Shown one piece after another: positions 49,401-60,930 of a stretch of 64,000 bases of DNA (position 1 is its first letter; each line of letters starts with the position of its first letter). This stretch comes from Gekko japonicus. Taxonomy: Eukaryota. The notes beneath the pieces were generated by a model. That model searched no databases. It worked only from the letters and a program-made list of their open reading frames with translations, and was not told where the DNA came from. The DNA lies in contig NW_015163100.1 of assembly GCF_001447785.1 (NCBI RefSeq), forward strand, positions 898,534 through 962,533, read 5' to 3'. Both the position numbers and the translations under genes were made by a program.

Positions 49401-52088
49401 CTACCGCTCCCACCTCACCCCTCCCCCTTTAGCAGGAGACAAGGAGACAGCAGATCCATCCCCCCCCCCACCGTGTTCCTCACACCATTTTGGGGGGGGG
49501 GAGCAGAGGCACTGGGGAGGCTCCTCTGCGCAAGCCGTCCCTGGGAAGGAGGTGTTGGCCTCTCCTTCCAGGAGCTGACAGGGGCGGTGGCTTCATCACA
49601 AAGGAAGGAAGACGCAAACCCCAGGGATGCCGTGACATTTCCGAGTGCGAGACGCCTGTCGAAGCTTATTGCTTTTCCTGAGATTTATGGCACGGTGGGT
49701 GGGGCCTCCTGAGCCATATTCACAGGGGCACACACCATGCACGCACGCTCTGTTCAGTGGATTTCGCCCTCTCCCCCCTGCCGCTCAGGTGCCCTTCCGG
49801 CCCGGGGCTGTCTCTGTGTGCCTCTCAGTGCTGCCTGGAGTGGTGTGATGGGGGGGCGGGGTCATCAGCCGCCTGATACTCCCCCCCCCGCACTAGATCT
49901 TGAGTGGGAATCTGGGCCTCCCAGCCATGCTCACGTGCACCAACTGCTGGCCTTTAAATTTCTAATTTTAGGAATCAGACGTGTGAGGATGGAAAATGGA
50001 GAGAGCCGCTTTGGGTGTTGCAGCGAAAGAGACTCAGTGCCAGCTCTGGGCAACTGGCCCCCTAGGGCACGCGGCGGTGCGGCTTTGCTTTCTTTCCCAT
50101 CTGAGCCACCTGCATGTGTGAGACGCGCGGAGACTTCAGAACAGACCAGACGGATAGTGAGATCAATACAGCCCTTCTGAATGGCCACCCCAGCCTCTCG
50201 GAGCCAGCCCACGGGTCCGTCGGCGGCTTCAGAAAGGAAGCTGTGAAGCTGCCAGGCAGTTTCCAAGAGACAGAAGAGGCCAGGGGAGCAGCATCCTTTC
50301 TAGCCCCCCCCCCCAAGTCCTCTAAGCTATTTCACTCTTGCAAGTTTAGCTTGGAGTGCAGAGATGCTCCTGGGGCAGGTTCTCTGGTGGCTGACGCCCG
50401 GCCGAGAGGCCCTGTGCCGCAGCTGAGCTTACAGTGAGGGGGCCGACCGTTCGCTGGGCAGAACCAGTGGGTGGCTTTAAAGAAGAGGCTGGCAGAGGCC
50501 AAAGTGCACTTGCCTGGGGGCCTCCCACGGGCATGGCACCTTACTGCAGAAGCAACAGCCCGAATGGAAGGAGCTCTTCTGGGAGTGCAAAGATCTCGGG
50601 GTGAGTTCGTTCGACGCAGCCAGGCCTCAGTGGCCTTAAAGCACGTGTGCGGGGCGAGGTGCCACCCCACTCCTGGCGAGGGCTGCCCACCAACACATCA
50701 CTGACGGAAACCTCCTTGTCAGCTTCAAAGGCACCTCAACTGACTGGCAGATTTCCTTGTTCAAAAGGCTGTTCATAACAGGACGTTTTGAGGACCACTC
50801 ATTCACAGGGTCACCATAAGTCAGAACTGAGTTGATGGCCCAGAATAAACACACAGAGAACATCCACAAGGGGTAAAGATGCTGGGCCAGGGGAGGAAAA
50901 GGGGATTCACTCGCCGAGGGAGGAGGAATATGCTGCTAAACTCGTGGCAAGCTAGACCTCGAAGCTGGCATTTCTCTGGCTGCGGTCACACATATTAAAT
51001 AATCTACTTTGAATGCACTTTCCATCTGGAAAGTGGATGGAAAGTGGACTGAAATCCAAGTGGATGGAAAGTGGATTATTTAGTGTGTGTGTGTGACCGC
51101 GCAGCCTGTGCCACGCCTATTGCGTGATGCTCTATAAGAACGAAGGAGAGACCTCGCAGACGAACAGGGATTTTTGTTTTGCTCGCTCGCTGCGTCCTTT
51201 CACACGTGCAGCTGCTGGGGATCAGGTGTACGGTAGTTAGAGGAGGACGGGTGGTCTGCCAGAGAACGGCTGGATTCCAGTCCAGGAGCACCTTAAGAGT
51301 CCGATAAGATGTCCGAGGTGCCAGCTTAGAGCTCTAGGAAGCCTCATATTTCTGCAAACCCTGCTGGTCACTAAAGTGCTACTGGAGTCGGATCCACATG
51401 CGGGCTGCGTACGTGTGCCAACCTCACCGTCCCGCCTCCCCAAAGTTCGCTCGCTGATTCATTCATTGCTGTCTTCTGCTGCTCTTGGGGGGGGGGGGGC
51501 CCTTTTAAAAAAACCCCCCCTTCCCCCCCCCCCCCGGACCAGAGGGAAGGCCTCTTATTGTGGTGTTGTTTCGCACACATGCACAAACTGTGTAAAACCA
51601 AAGCACTGGTCCTTTCGCATTTGCTTTTACCGAAATGTCATGACCAGAAGGAGCAAGGGAACGAAGGGGGTGTGAGCGGGCTTACCAGGGGGGGCCTCAC
51701 TGGCCACGTTCTCCTCATCGGAGTCGGCAAAGACTTCGGCCAGCTCCTGGTCAGACATGTCCGTCAGCTCGGTGAGGTCCAGCAGGTCAAAGTGCACCTC
51801 GAGGGAGGAGACGCTGCTCAGGGGCTCTGAGGAGGCAAGAGGGGCAGAGGGGCCTGTCAGCAGAGCCACAAGGCCCAAGAGGGGCTGAGCCGTCTGCATG
51901 GTGGCCGCCGGCTCCTTCCCCGCCCTCGTACTCACGCCTGCGCTCCGCCACCTGCAGCAGCCCTGAAGTCGGAATGGGGATTCCTCCGTCCTCTTCTGCA
52001 GGGGGGCTGGGTGGCTCTTCCACCAATCCATGCACGGGGGCAATGAGGGGGGTTGCTTGCTCCGGCAGGGGGGCCTCTTTCATCAGCG
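46485..52088 (-). CDS. DBNDD1: Dysbindin domain-containing 1; exons 52088-51936, 51826-51686, 46654-46485 (first coding exon not seen, probably in N gap 59511-59815)
   Basis: [17 protein letters not shown]|[40 protein letters not shown]|[17 protein letters not shown]; GT-AG introns with consistent phase 1. Confidence 0.93.
47771..49200 (-). repeat. Tandem array of ~10 x 142-bp units, each a tRNA-derived SINE head
   Basis: Exact 142-bp period (47919, 48061, 48203 ... 49055). On the minus strand each unit has an A box TGGCTCAGTGG (altered in the last unit) and a B box GGTTCAATCCC. Confidence 0.95.
50978..51106. mobile_element. Small palindromic MITE remnant (possibly Harbinger-like)
   Basis: GGCTGCGGTCACACA..AAATAATC / GATTATTT..TGTGTGACCGCGCAGCC. 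Confidence 0.5.
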
Positions 52089-52232
52089 CTGAAAGCAGAA
52101 AAGGTGGCGTTGACTAAGACGGGCGGAGGACGCAAGCTGGGTGACCTCAGCCCCTCTGGGTCCCTGCGGGCACGGACGCTGGGCAGCTGGCTACAGGGGG
52201 CCCGCTTCTCTGGCAAGGCGCCACGTGGCCCT

Positions 52233-52858
52233 TGAAGAAGAGAAGAGATTGGATTCATACCCCATGGCCCTTCAATACCCAAGGGAGTCTCAGAGTGGCT
52301 TGCAAACTCCTTTCCCTTCCCACAACAGGTACCCTGCGACCAGTGTTCCCTCTAAGCTGTGGGGTCTTGTGAGCAAAAATTCTACTTTGTGAGCTACCAG
52401 CATTAAAGTTGTGAGCAAGTGAGTTGGCTACTACAAAAATTAGTTTGCTCTGGAGCCATCCTTCCTGAGCTGAGATAAAAATGTGTGAGCCAGAGGCTAA
52501 AAAACTGTGAGCCCGCTCACATTAACTCAGCTTACAGGGAACACTGCCTGTGAGGTAGGTGGGGCTGAGAGAGCTCTGACAGAAACTGCTCTTTTTTCAA
52601 GGACAGCTGTGCCAGAACTACGGCTGCCCCAAGGTCATCCAGCAGGTGCGACTGGAGGAGTGGGGAATCAAACCTAGCTCTCCCAGATTAGAGTCCGCGC
52701 ACTTAACCAAAACACCAAACTGGCTCTTTCTCAAGAACAGCTCTGCCAGAACTATGGTTTGCCCAAGGTCATCCAGCAGGTGCAAGTGGAGGAGGGGGAA
52801 ATCAAACTTGGCTCTCCCAGACTAGAGTCCGTGCACTTAACCATGACACCAGACTGGC
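52233..52858 (-). mobile_element. SINE with duplicated 5' module and a nested hAT MITE (52341-52546)
   Basis: The MITE interrupts the SINE at CCTG(C/T)GA(C/G); two SINE heads end at about 52725 and 52858. Confidence 0.75.
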
Positions 52859-53562
52859 AGCCACGGCAACTCTCCCGCTGGTGTGACGGAGCCCCTTTCT
52901 TCTCAGGCAGCCTGGAGGGCTTTTCATGCCTGACCTGTCGGGGCTGAAAGGAGCCGTTGGGTGCTGCTGCGCTCCTCTGAGGCCTGGAGCAGAGTTCTCA
53001 GGAGGCTCTCTGGAGCGCCAGACCTCCCTCCCTGCCCGAAGAAGGTCCCTCCATTTTCATCCAGCTAAGAGTTTCTCAGAGACAGCAGCCCTTCCCCGTG
53101 GGACTCTGCACTTCTCACGGAAACCGGGCTGCCACCCCTGCAACGTGGCCTGGTGAGCACCCAGCACAACACCACCACCCCCGTGGCCTTCTGATCTCCG
53201 GTGTCCCCAGGGCCAATGAGTCGATTATTGCGGTTTTTACTGTTTTAAGTTTTATGTGTTCTGCACATATTATTTATGAGAATGTATTTATGACTTCTTG
53301 TTAACTGCCCTGAGCCCCAATTGGGGGGAGGGTGGTATATAAATCAAATAAGTAACAATCATCAATGGTCTGCCCAGATAGGGGCCTTGCACAGGTTACG
53401 GCGACACGGCAGGAGCGCCGAGTCCCAGAGGGGCCAGGGCTCTTTCCACGGCCAGGGCCCCAGTTCAGTCATGCCTAAGAGGGACGTGAGAGGCACCTGG
53501 GACAAAGAAGAGCAGGCTGCTCTGCCCGGAGAGGGTTTCAGAAGATTGGTGTTTCCTTCCAG

Positions 53563-54044
53563 TAGAGATGTGAAAGCCCGGGAAAAAAAAACAGAAAATT
53601 TCGGGGGGGAAGACAAGGTGTTCAAATATTCTCGAAATCATTTCTAAAAAATATGTATGGTATCAGATTGATCTAATTTCTGAGGACAAGCAAGTCCTAG
53701 GTTACCAACTGAACTCTCCAATGAAAGAACAAGATGCATTTCTTCCTTTAGGAGGTGCTACTGTCCCAAGAAAAGAAAAAGGTTTCAGTTTGGTTTTTGC
53801 ATGTGGGTGGGTATTCTGTTTGTAATAATTGTTTGGATACACTACATTTTTAATATGCTAGTTGTGATAATTTCATGCCAAGTAAAAATCTCCATAGTCA
53901 TATTTTATGTTCCTAAAGTAACAGAATGGCTGTCACTCTGGAAAAGAAAAAAGAAGTGCTAATGTAGCCTTTTTTTTTCAATTCTTCTGAAAATTTCCGT
54001 TTTTTCCCCCAAGCTTCAAAATTTCCGGAAATTTTACATCTCTA
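53563..54044. mobile_element. hAT-type non-autonomous element with TAGAGATG TIRs
   Basis: TAGAGATGTGAAA..TTTTACATCTCTA; perfect 8-bp TSD CCTTCCAG. Confidence 0.85.
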
Positions 54045-56645
54045 CCTTCCAGGCCAGCCCAGGGACGCAGACCAAGAGTGCGGCGCTCCTGCACAGGAGC
54101 CAGTTGCCGGGGTCCCTTTGCATCTGCAAAGACAAAGGGGTGAGCCTGTTCCGGAGCATGCAGGCCGGGCAAACAAAGGCCCGTCTGTCTGTTGGGTGGG
54201 AGGGAGGGAAGGAGGGAGGAGGAGGCTGGCCTACAGGCCTGGCCCTGACCTGGATGTGGCTCAGGGGGCCCCAGGACAACCCATGTGGGACCCACGTGCT
54301 CGCAGGCAGGCCAGTGGCAGCTCAGGCGTCTGCCAGGCAGGGGCAGCTGTGCAGGAGTACAGGGCAGGCGGGTGTGCTTGTCCACCCAGCGGGAGACTCA
54401 AGGCGCTAGTTCTCAGGGAGGAGGCCAGCATCCTCCTCCACATAAAGGGGGATTTGAGAAAAGGTGAGCCCGCAGGCTCCCTCTAATCTGTGGAGTCTTG
54501 CGAGCAGCCTACTCTCCAAAGCAGCCAGTTTTCCCAGGGGAACAGATCTTTCTAGTCTGATCAGTTGTAATTCTTGGAGGATTCCAGCCCTTCCCCCATG
54601 AGACTGGCAATCCTAGTGGTGTCAAGCAGATGTCCAGCTTGCAGTAAGCCACGGAGTGCCGGTGGAGTCAGCGGAAGCTGTCAGATTGGTTGATGCCCTG
54701 GCTCCGTCATATTATCCCCTGGAGATGGCACCAAGGGTTTTGATCAGATGCCAGCTTCACCCAGTGTTGACAATTAGGACAGACACCGGTTTCCGCACCC
54801 CCTTCTCCTCCTTGCCCGTGGCACGCACCATCCCACGAACAGAGGCATTGTCAGCACAAGCCACTGGTAAGGAGGGCACAGATAAAGGCACAGAGGTGGT
54901 GCCACTCAGGCCTTGGGGAATCTCTCTCCAGCTCATGCCCGTGCCAAATCCACACACACACTCCCCTCCCCCCCCCCGCAAACCCATGCCATTTCTCAGA
55001 CATTCCACAGGGGCAAGCATTTTGTACCAGAAACAACTGGCAGCATTGCCATGCCTGCGTGCCCCACCCCCTAGCTGGCAAAGAGGATGTCCTTGCAAGA
55101 CCATCCGGGGACGAAACGAGCCCTTCTGCCATGCCTGTTGGCTCTCTGCTCCCCAAAACCTGATGCAGCAGCAGAGCCCCCTGGCTGCCTCTTTGTCCCC
55201 CTTCCCATCACCGGTCCCTCTTCCCCCACGCTGGCTTCCTTGCTTCGGCAAACAATAAACCGTCCGGAGTATCTCTGCAACTGGAATCTGTATTCTCCGT
55301 GTGTTTGCCCAGAAATCGCTATTAGCACAAGATGTTCCTGGGGTGAATTCTGGTGCTGAAAACAAGCTTAGAGGGCCCTCCTCAGACGCTCAGCAAGCCC
55401 AGGAGCAAAAGCCCTCCTACCTCTCTGGCCAGAGGGGGGCAAGGTCGGGGGGGGGGGGCAGGCCTGGCTGCACAGCTGTGCTGTTTTCTGACTTCTGCTG
55501 GGGCATCTCTGTGGGCTGGATCAGCAGAGCAAAAGGTCCTTTTGTTTCCTGGCTGCCTCTCTCCCGAGCACAGGCCTGCTGGTGGTAAAGGCGGAGTTCG
55601 TGATAGATTTCCAATTGAATGGCAGGGGAGTGTGTGTGGAACATTCCTCTCCGTGGCAGAGGGGAAAGGCAGCCTTCAGCCTCCGTGAAAAGAGGGCAGC
55701 CTCTTTGCTGCAATTCGTGCAGGGATTCGCCAGTCCCACGGAGGCTGCGACCAGCGGCACACGTTGTGCCTCTTCCAAACTCAAGGGCAACGCCTCCCAT
55801 CCTGAGCCAGGATCCCGCATGCCCTTCCCGTTTCCCCGGCAAGAAAGAGGTCAGCAACTGAGACTTGGCTCCCCGCAAAGCGAGCGCACCCTTGACAAGG
55901 CCTGCTTCCTCGAGAGGAGTCTGCCTCCCACTTTCTTCCCTTGCTCACCTCAGAGAGGATGAGGAGGAATTCTCCTCGTGGGGGCAGCAGCCAGCGGGGC
56001 AAAACCAGCCTCCAAGACAGACCCAAACCAAGAGGCTCCACTCCCAGCAATCTATTTCCAACCGCAGATGAAGAGAAGCCTCTCTTTCTCCCAGCCCAAC
56101 ATGGATTCCGTCCAGCCTTGGACAGGTCAAAGGGGTCCTCCTGGCTCAGTTGGAACTGCCTGTTCTTGCAGCTCCTGGTTGCTGGGTGGTTTCAGAGGGC
56201 AGCTGGATTAGCCTGCTGTACAAGAACTGGATTTGAGTCCAGTTGCGCCACAGAGACCCACAAGACGGGGGGGCGGGAATGAGCTTCAAGAGTCCAAGGT
56301 CCCTTCGTTGGTTCGTTGCTGGAGCCTGCCTTCCTGAGCACTTTGACGAGAAACCTCTTTCACAGGGTTTTCATTTCCAAGCAGAGATCAGCTAGGCTAC
56401 CTCCCGCTTTCGAGTCCATGTATGTGGGGTTTTTTTGCAAGCCACATAAACTAGGGAAAGGGTCTCTCCTCCCCGCAAAAGCCTCCACATTGGGGGCCAT
56501 GTGTCTCCCTCCCTCAGCCTTGGCTCCAGGAGGACAGGCTTCAGCTGGGCAGCCAGGCTGGAAGGAAAGTCTGGTGGCATGGAACAGGTGGACCGTGGCA
56601 GATGCCGCTTTTCTGGAGCTGAGCCCATCAAAGTTCATGCTACAA

Positions 56646-57240
56646 TAAGAACATCAGGAGAGCCCTGCTGGGCCAGACCAGGGAGGGTCCATCTAGTCCA
56701 GCATCCTGTCTCACACAGGGGCCAACCAGTTCCTCTGGAGCCAGCAACAGGGCAGAGAGGCTGAGGCCTTCCCCTGAGGTTGCCTCCTGGTTCTGGGATT
56801 CAGAGGTTAACTGCCTCTGAATGTGTAGGTTCCCCTCAGTCACCGCGGCTAGTAGCCACTGATAGACTTATCCTCCATGAATCTATCCAATATCCTCTTT
56901 TAAAGCTGTCTATGCCTATGACCATCACTACGTCCTGTGGCAGAGAATTCCACCTTTTAATCATTCTCTGTATAAAGTAGTATTTCTTTTTGTCTGTCCT
57001 GAACCTACTGCCCATCAGCTTCATTGGATGCCCTCCAGTTCTAGTATTTGGGGAGAGGCAGAGAAATTTCTTTGTCAATTCTCTCCACCCTATTGCCTTT
57101 TATAAACCTCCATCAGGTCCTCTTTTAGTTGTCTCTTTTCTAAACGGAAAAGTCCCAGAATCTTCAGCCTTTCCTCTTCTAATCATCCTGGTGGCCCCTT
57201 TCTGTAATTTTCCCAGCTCTGCAATGTCCTTTCTGAGAAA
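56646..57240 (-). mobile_element. CR1 LINE 3' fragment
   Basis: Translation GHPMKLMGSRFRTDKKKYYFIQRMIKRWNSLPQDVV; TAAGAACA tail. Confidence 0.85.
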
Positions 57241-57576
57241 CAATAAATACCTTCCTTTTGAAGGTGACACAGGACTCAACTGGAGGTTTCCCTCAAAAAA
57301 AACAACAACACTTGAGTCCCAGGAAGGCTTTGCCTACGGGGTGGAGTGGCTTTTCGTGATAAGCAACGGCATAAGCGATTTCTGCTTAGAAGCGGAGAGT
57401 ACATTTTAGGGGAGGGGGCTTGCTCTCTGGCTTGCTGACAGGGCACTGACGTTCCTGAGCACTGTGACGAATGATGCAAACATCTCCCAGTGAGGATGCA
57501 CTCCCAGCTCTAGCTGGATTCAAATTCTAAGTTTTTTTGCATTTATTTACCCCAGAATAGGCCTTTCCCCTTTGTC

Positions 57577-57714
57577 TCTGAAGAAGCCTGCTTGCACACC
57601 TTGAATAAAACTTTGCTGGTCTTAAAGGTGCCCCTGGACTCAAACTCAAAGTCTGAGTCCAGTGGCCCCTTTAAGACCAACAAAGTTTAATCCTGAGTAG
57701 AAACTTTTGTGTGC
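57577..57714. mobile_element. Penelope-like pLTR remnant in inverted configuration
   Basis: CTGAAGAAG..AATAAAACTTTGCTGGTCTTAAAGGTGCCCCTGGACTCA and its inverse TGAGTCCAGTGGCCCCTTTAAGACCAACAAAGTTT. Related fragments at about 24640-24705 and 56200-56310. Confidence 0.6.
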
Positions 57715-59399
57715 CAGCTCTGTTCAAAGCGGCTCAGGTGATGGCCAAAGAAGTCAGGTGGGTCCAGCTGGATGTGCTCGTGGGTCTCCAGAGAAGCCGA
57801 AATGAAGGCAGGTGAAGTCCTCCATGCTTGGCAGTATCTCAGAATCTGAGTTCAGACTTTCCAAGTTTTGAAACTAAAAAAGCTGGGTCATGACGGGGAA
57901 TGAGGAGGCGATGCTGCATCTGCCAAATCCCATACTTCTCCGCCGCCCTTTTTATTGCGCCCTGCTCTGCAAGGAGCTCAGGGGAGTCTCTCCATAGTTC
58001 TTCAGGGCTTCTGTTTTCTCCTGTGAGACCAGGGGGCTGGGCCCAGGTCACTGGGTGAGCCTCATGACCAAACAGAGATCTGAACTCGAGTCTATGGCAT
58101 TAGGCCAGCCTTCTACCCACAACAAGCCAGTTTGGTGTAGTGGTTAAGTGCATGGACTCTAATCTGGGAGAACTGGGTTTGATTCCCCACTCCTCCACTT
58201 GCACCTGCTGATGTGACCTTGGGTCAGTCACAAGCTCTGGCACAGCTGTCCTTGAAAAAGAGCAGTTTGTGTCAGAGTTCTCTCAGCCCCACCCACCTCA
58301 CATGGTGTCTGTTGTGGGGAGGGGAAGGGAAAGGAGTTTGTAAGCCGCTCTGAGACTCCTTTGGGTAGTGAAGGGCGGGGTATAAATCCAATCTCTTCTC
58401 TTCTCTTCTTCAACAACTGCGAAGGCGAGGTGAGAAAACAGGGATGACACAAGCCCCCAGACTGAGAAGAGGTTTTCTGGGAATTCAGATGAGCGCATGA
58501 AGCAGCTTCTCCCGGAGTCAGGCCCTCTGCCTGTCACAGTCAGCCTGGTCTCCACAGACGGGGAGCGCCTCTCTTGCGTCTCGGGTGGAGAAAGGCCTTC
58601 CGCATCATCTCCTACCGCCCACGCCTTCCAGAGTGCCTCCCCCGTGGGGAGCCCCCTTCTCCTCTCCCCGCACTGTGGGCTCTGCTGCCCAGTCTGCCCT
58701 GGCCCACCCCGTCAGCTTGGCCACTGACGGATGCTCTCCTCCAGGTGGCCATTTCCCGCTGGGCGGAGCAGACCTCTGGCACAGGGCGGAAGAACAGTGG
58801 GCATTTGGCGTAGAAAACAACCCACGGGCTTGCCCTGGGGTAAAGACAGTGTTCACGCCACCCCAAGCACAGATGTGGGGTTGTGCCTGCACGGGGCACT
58901 CCAGCTGTGCCAGCCCCAGGGTGTCCTGGTCGCCTCCAGATGTTGGTGGCCAGGGGAGGGTCCTTCTCCAAGCAAGCTGGGCTGGGCGATGCAGCATCCT
59001 GTGCAAGCAGCCCCCGCCCCCCTTAGGTGCGAGAAACAGCCACAACTCCTTTCATTCCATGTGCAAGCCGCACACTCACACACAGCCTGGCCGCCTCACC
59101 CCCCTGCAAGCCCCTCCTGCAAAGTGGCTTGGCACAGGGGTGGATGGAGGTGGGGGGCCTTCTAGTCCCACCCGGCTGCATGCCCCCCAGGCCGCCTGCC
59201 TTGCGTGGTCCTAGTGGGGGGGCTGCACTCCAGAGCGCCACCTTCCGTGCCCATGGGTGGGGGGCTCACGCACACAAGACTGTGCTACCAGTACAGACTT
59301 TAAGGGGGCCACCACCAGAGGGGGGTCCTTTCGCCCGGGAGGGGGGGTTAGCCCAAGAAACGCCCCTTCGCTCCCCCTCCTGGCTGGCTTGTGCACTGG

Positions 59400-60930
59400 G
59401 GCTGGCCGGGGCTCGGCTGTCTTCCACAGCACCCACCCCCACCCCCACCCCGGCGGTCGCGGCGAGGCCGAGGCTGCTGCTCCGCCACACTCGCCAATCG
59501 CCCTTCCGCCNNNNNNNNNNNNNNNNNNNNNNNNNNNNNNNNNNNNNNNNNNNNNNNNNNNNNNNNNNNNNNNNNNNNNNNNNNNNNNNNNNNNNNNNNN
59601 NNNNNNNNNNNNNNNNNNNNNNNNNNNNNNNNNNNNNNNNNNNNNNNNNNNNNNNNNNNNNNNNNNNNNNNNNNNNNNNNNNNNNNNNNNNNNNNNNNNN
59701 NNNNNNNNNNNNNNNNNNNNNNNNNNNNNNNNNNNNNNNNNNNNNNNNNNNNNNNNNNNNNNNNNNNNNNNNNNNNNNNNNNNNNNNNNNNNNNNNNNNN
59801 NNNNNNNNNNNNNNNNCGCGGCCGACAGAGGGGCGGGCCCAGCGCGCCAGCCAGCCAGCCAGCCAGCCGCAGCCGCGCCCCGGAGAAGGAGCCGGGAGGC
59901 GGGGCCGGCCGCGGAGCCCCCGAGAGTCGCCTGGCGAGCCTCCAGCTCCAGAGGCAGTCTGCAGCCGCGGAAGCGGGGCGCGAGGTCGGCTGGGACACCG
60001 GCTGCTGCTGGGCGGGGCGGACCGCCGGTCTGGGCCAGCGGGGCGCCTCTGAGCGCGTGCAGAGGGTCCCCGCCCACTCAAGAAGACGGCCGGAGCGGGG
60101 CCGACGGAGTCTTTGGCTCGGGCCGCCCAACCGGGCCGCCCTCGGGGCAGTGGCGAAGGGGAGGGGCTGCTCCGACCCGGGAGCCCTGAGCGCCGGGCTC
60201 TCTCGGCCGGAGCCTGCCCGGCAACGCTCCCTCTAAGCCGTGGAGTCTTGGGAGCAAAAATTCTACCTGGTGAGCTCCAGGCATGAAAGTGGTGAGCCAG
60301 CGGTTTGGCTCCTGCATCAGTGTGTTTGCTGCGGAGTTTGCGAAGACAAAAATCTGTGAGCCGGAGGCTAAAAAACGGTGAGCTCGCTCACACCAACTCC
60401 TCTTAGAGGGAACACTGCTACAGGCTGCTTTCCCTCCTCCTCCTCCTCGCAGCGGCAGAAGGGAGCCTACCCTGCAGGGCTGTTGTTGTCAGGACGACCG
60501 AAAGGGACCGTACGGGAAGCGCTGCAGGCCGGCGAAGGCCAGTGAGAGAGGGGGGCGGCTGCTGTCTCCTTCCCCCGCCCCGCCCGGGGCCGCAGAGGCT
60601 TCCTCTTTCCTGCCCAACAGGCCCCAGCAGCCAGCGCAGCCAGCCCAGGGTTTCCCCGACGGCCGCCAGGCTCAGCCGAAGAGGCGGTCCCGGGAGGCGT
60701 GGCCTCCTCCCAGCGAGCCCCGCCCCGTTGCTAGGGGGCGGGCCCGGGATAGGACCAGCTCTCGCGAGACCCGGGCGGCGGTTGCCGGGCGACGCGGCGA
60801 CTCCGCGAGTGGCGGCCGACGGGGAGGGGCGCCTCCGCTGTCGAAATGGTGAGAGGGGGGAGAACCGTGCGCTCTGCACGCGCTCAGAGGGCCCCCTCGG
60901 TCTCCTTCCCCCCGGCCCCGGCCGCCCCTC
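59400..60930. promoter_or_regulatory. Head-to-head CpG island shared by DBNDD1(-) and GAS8(+), with X-box GTTGCCGGGCGAC (60781-60793) and TCTCGCGAGA (60760-60769)
   Basis: High CpG density, divergent gene arrangement, motifs read directly. Confidence 0.7.
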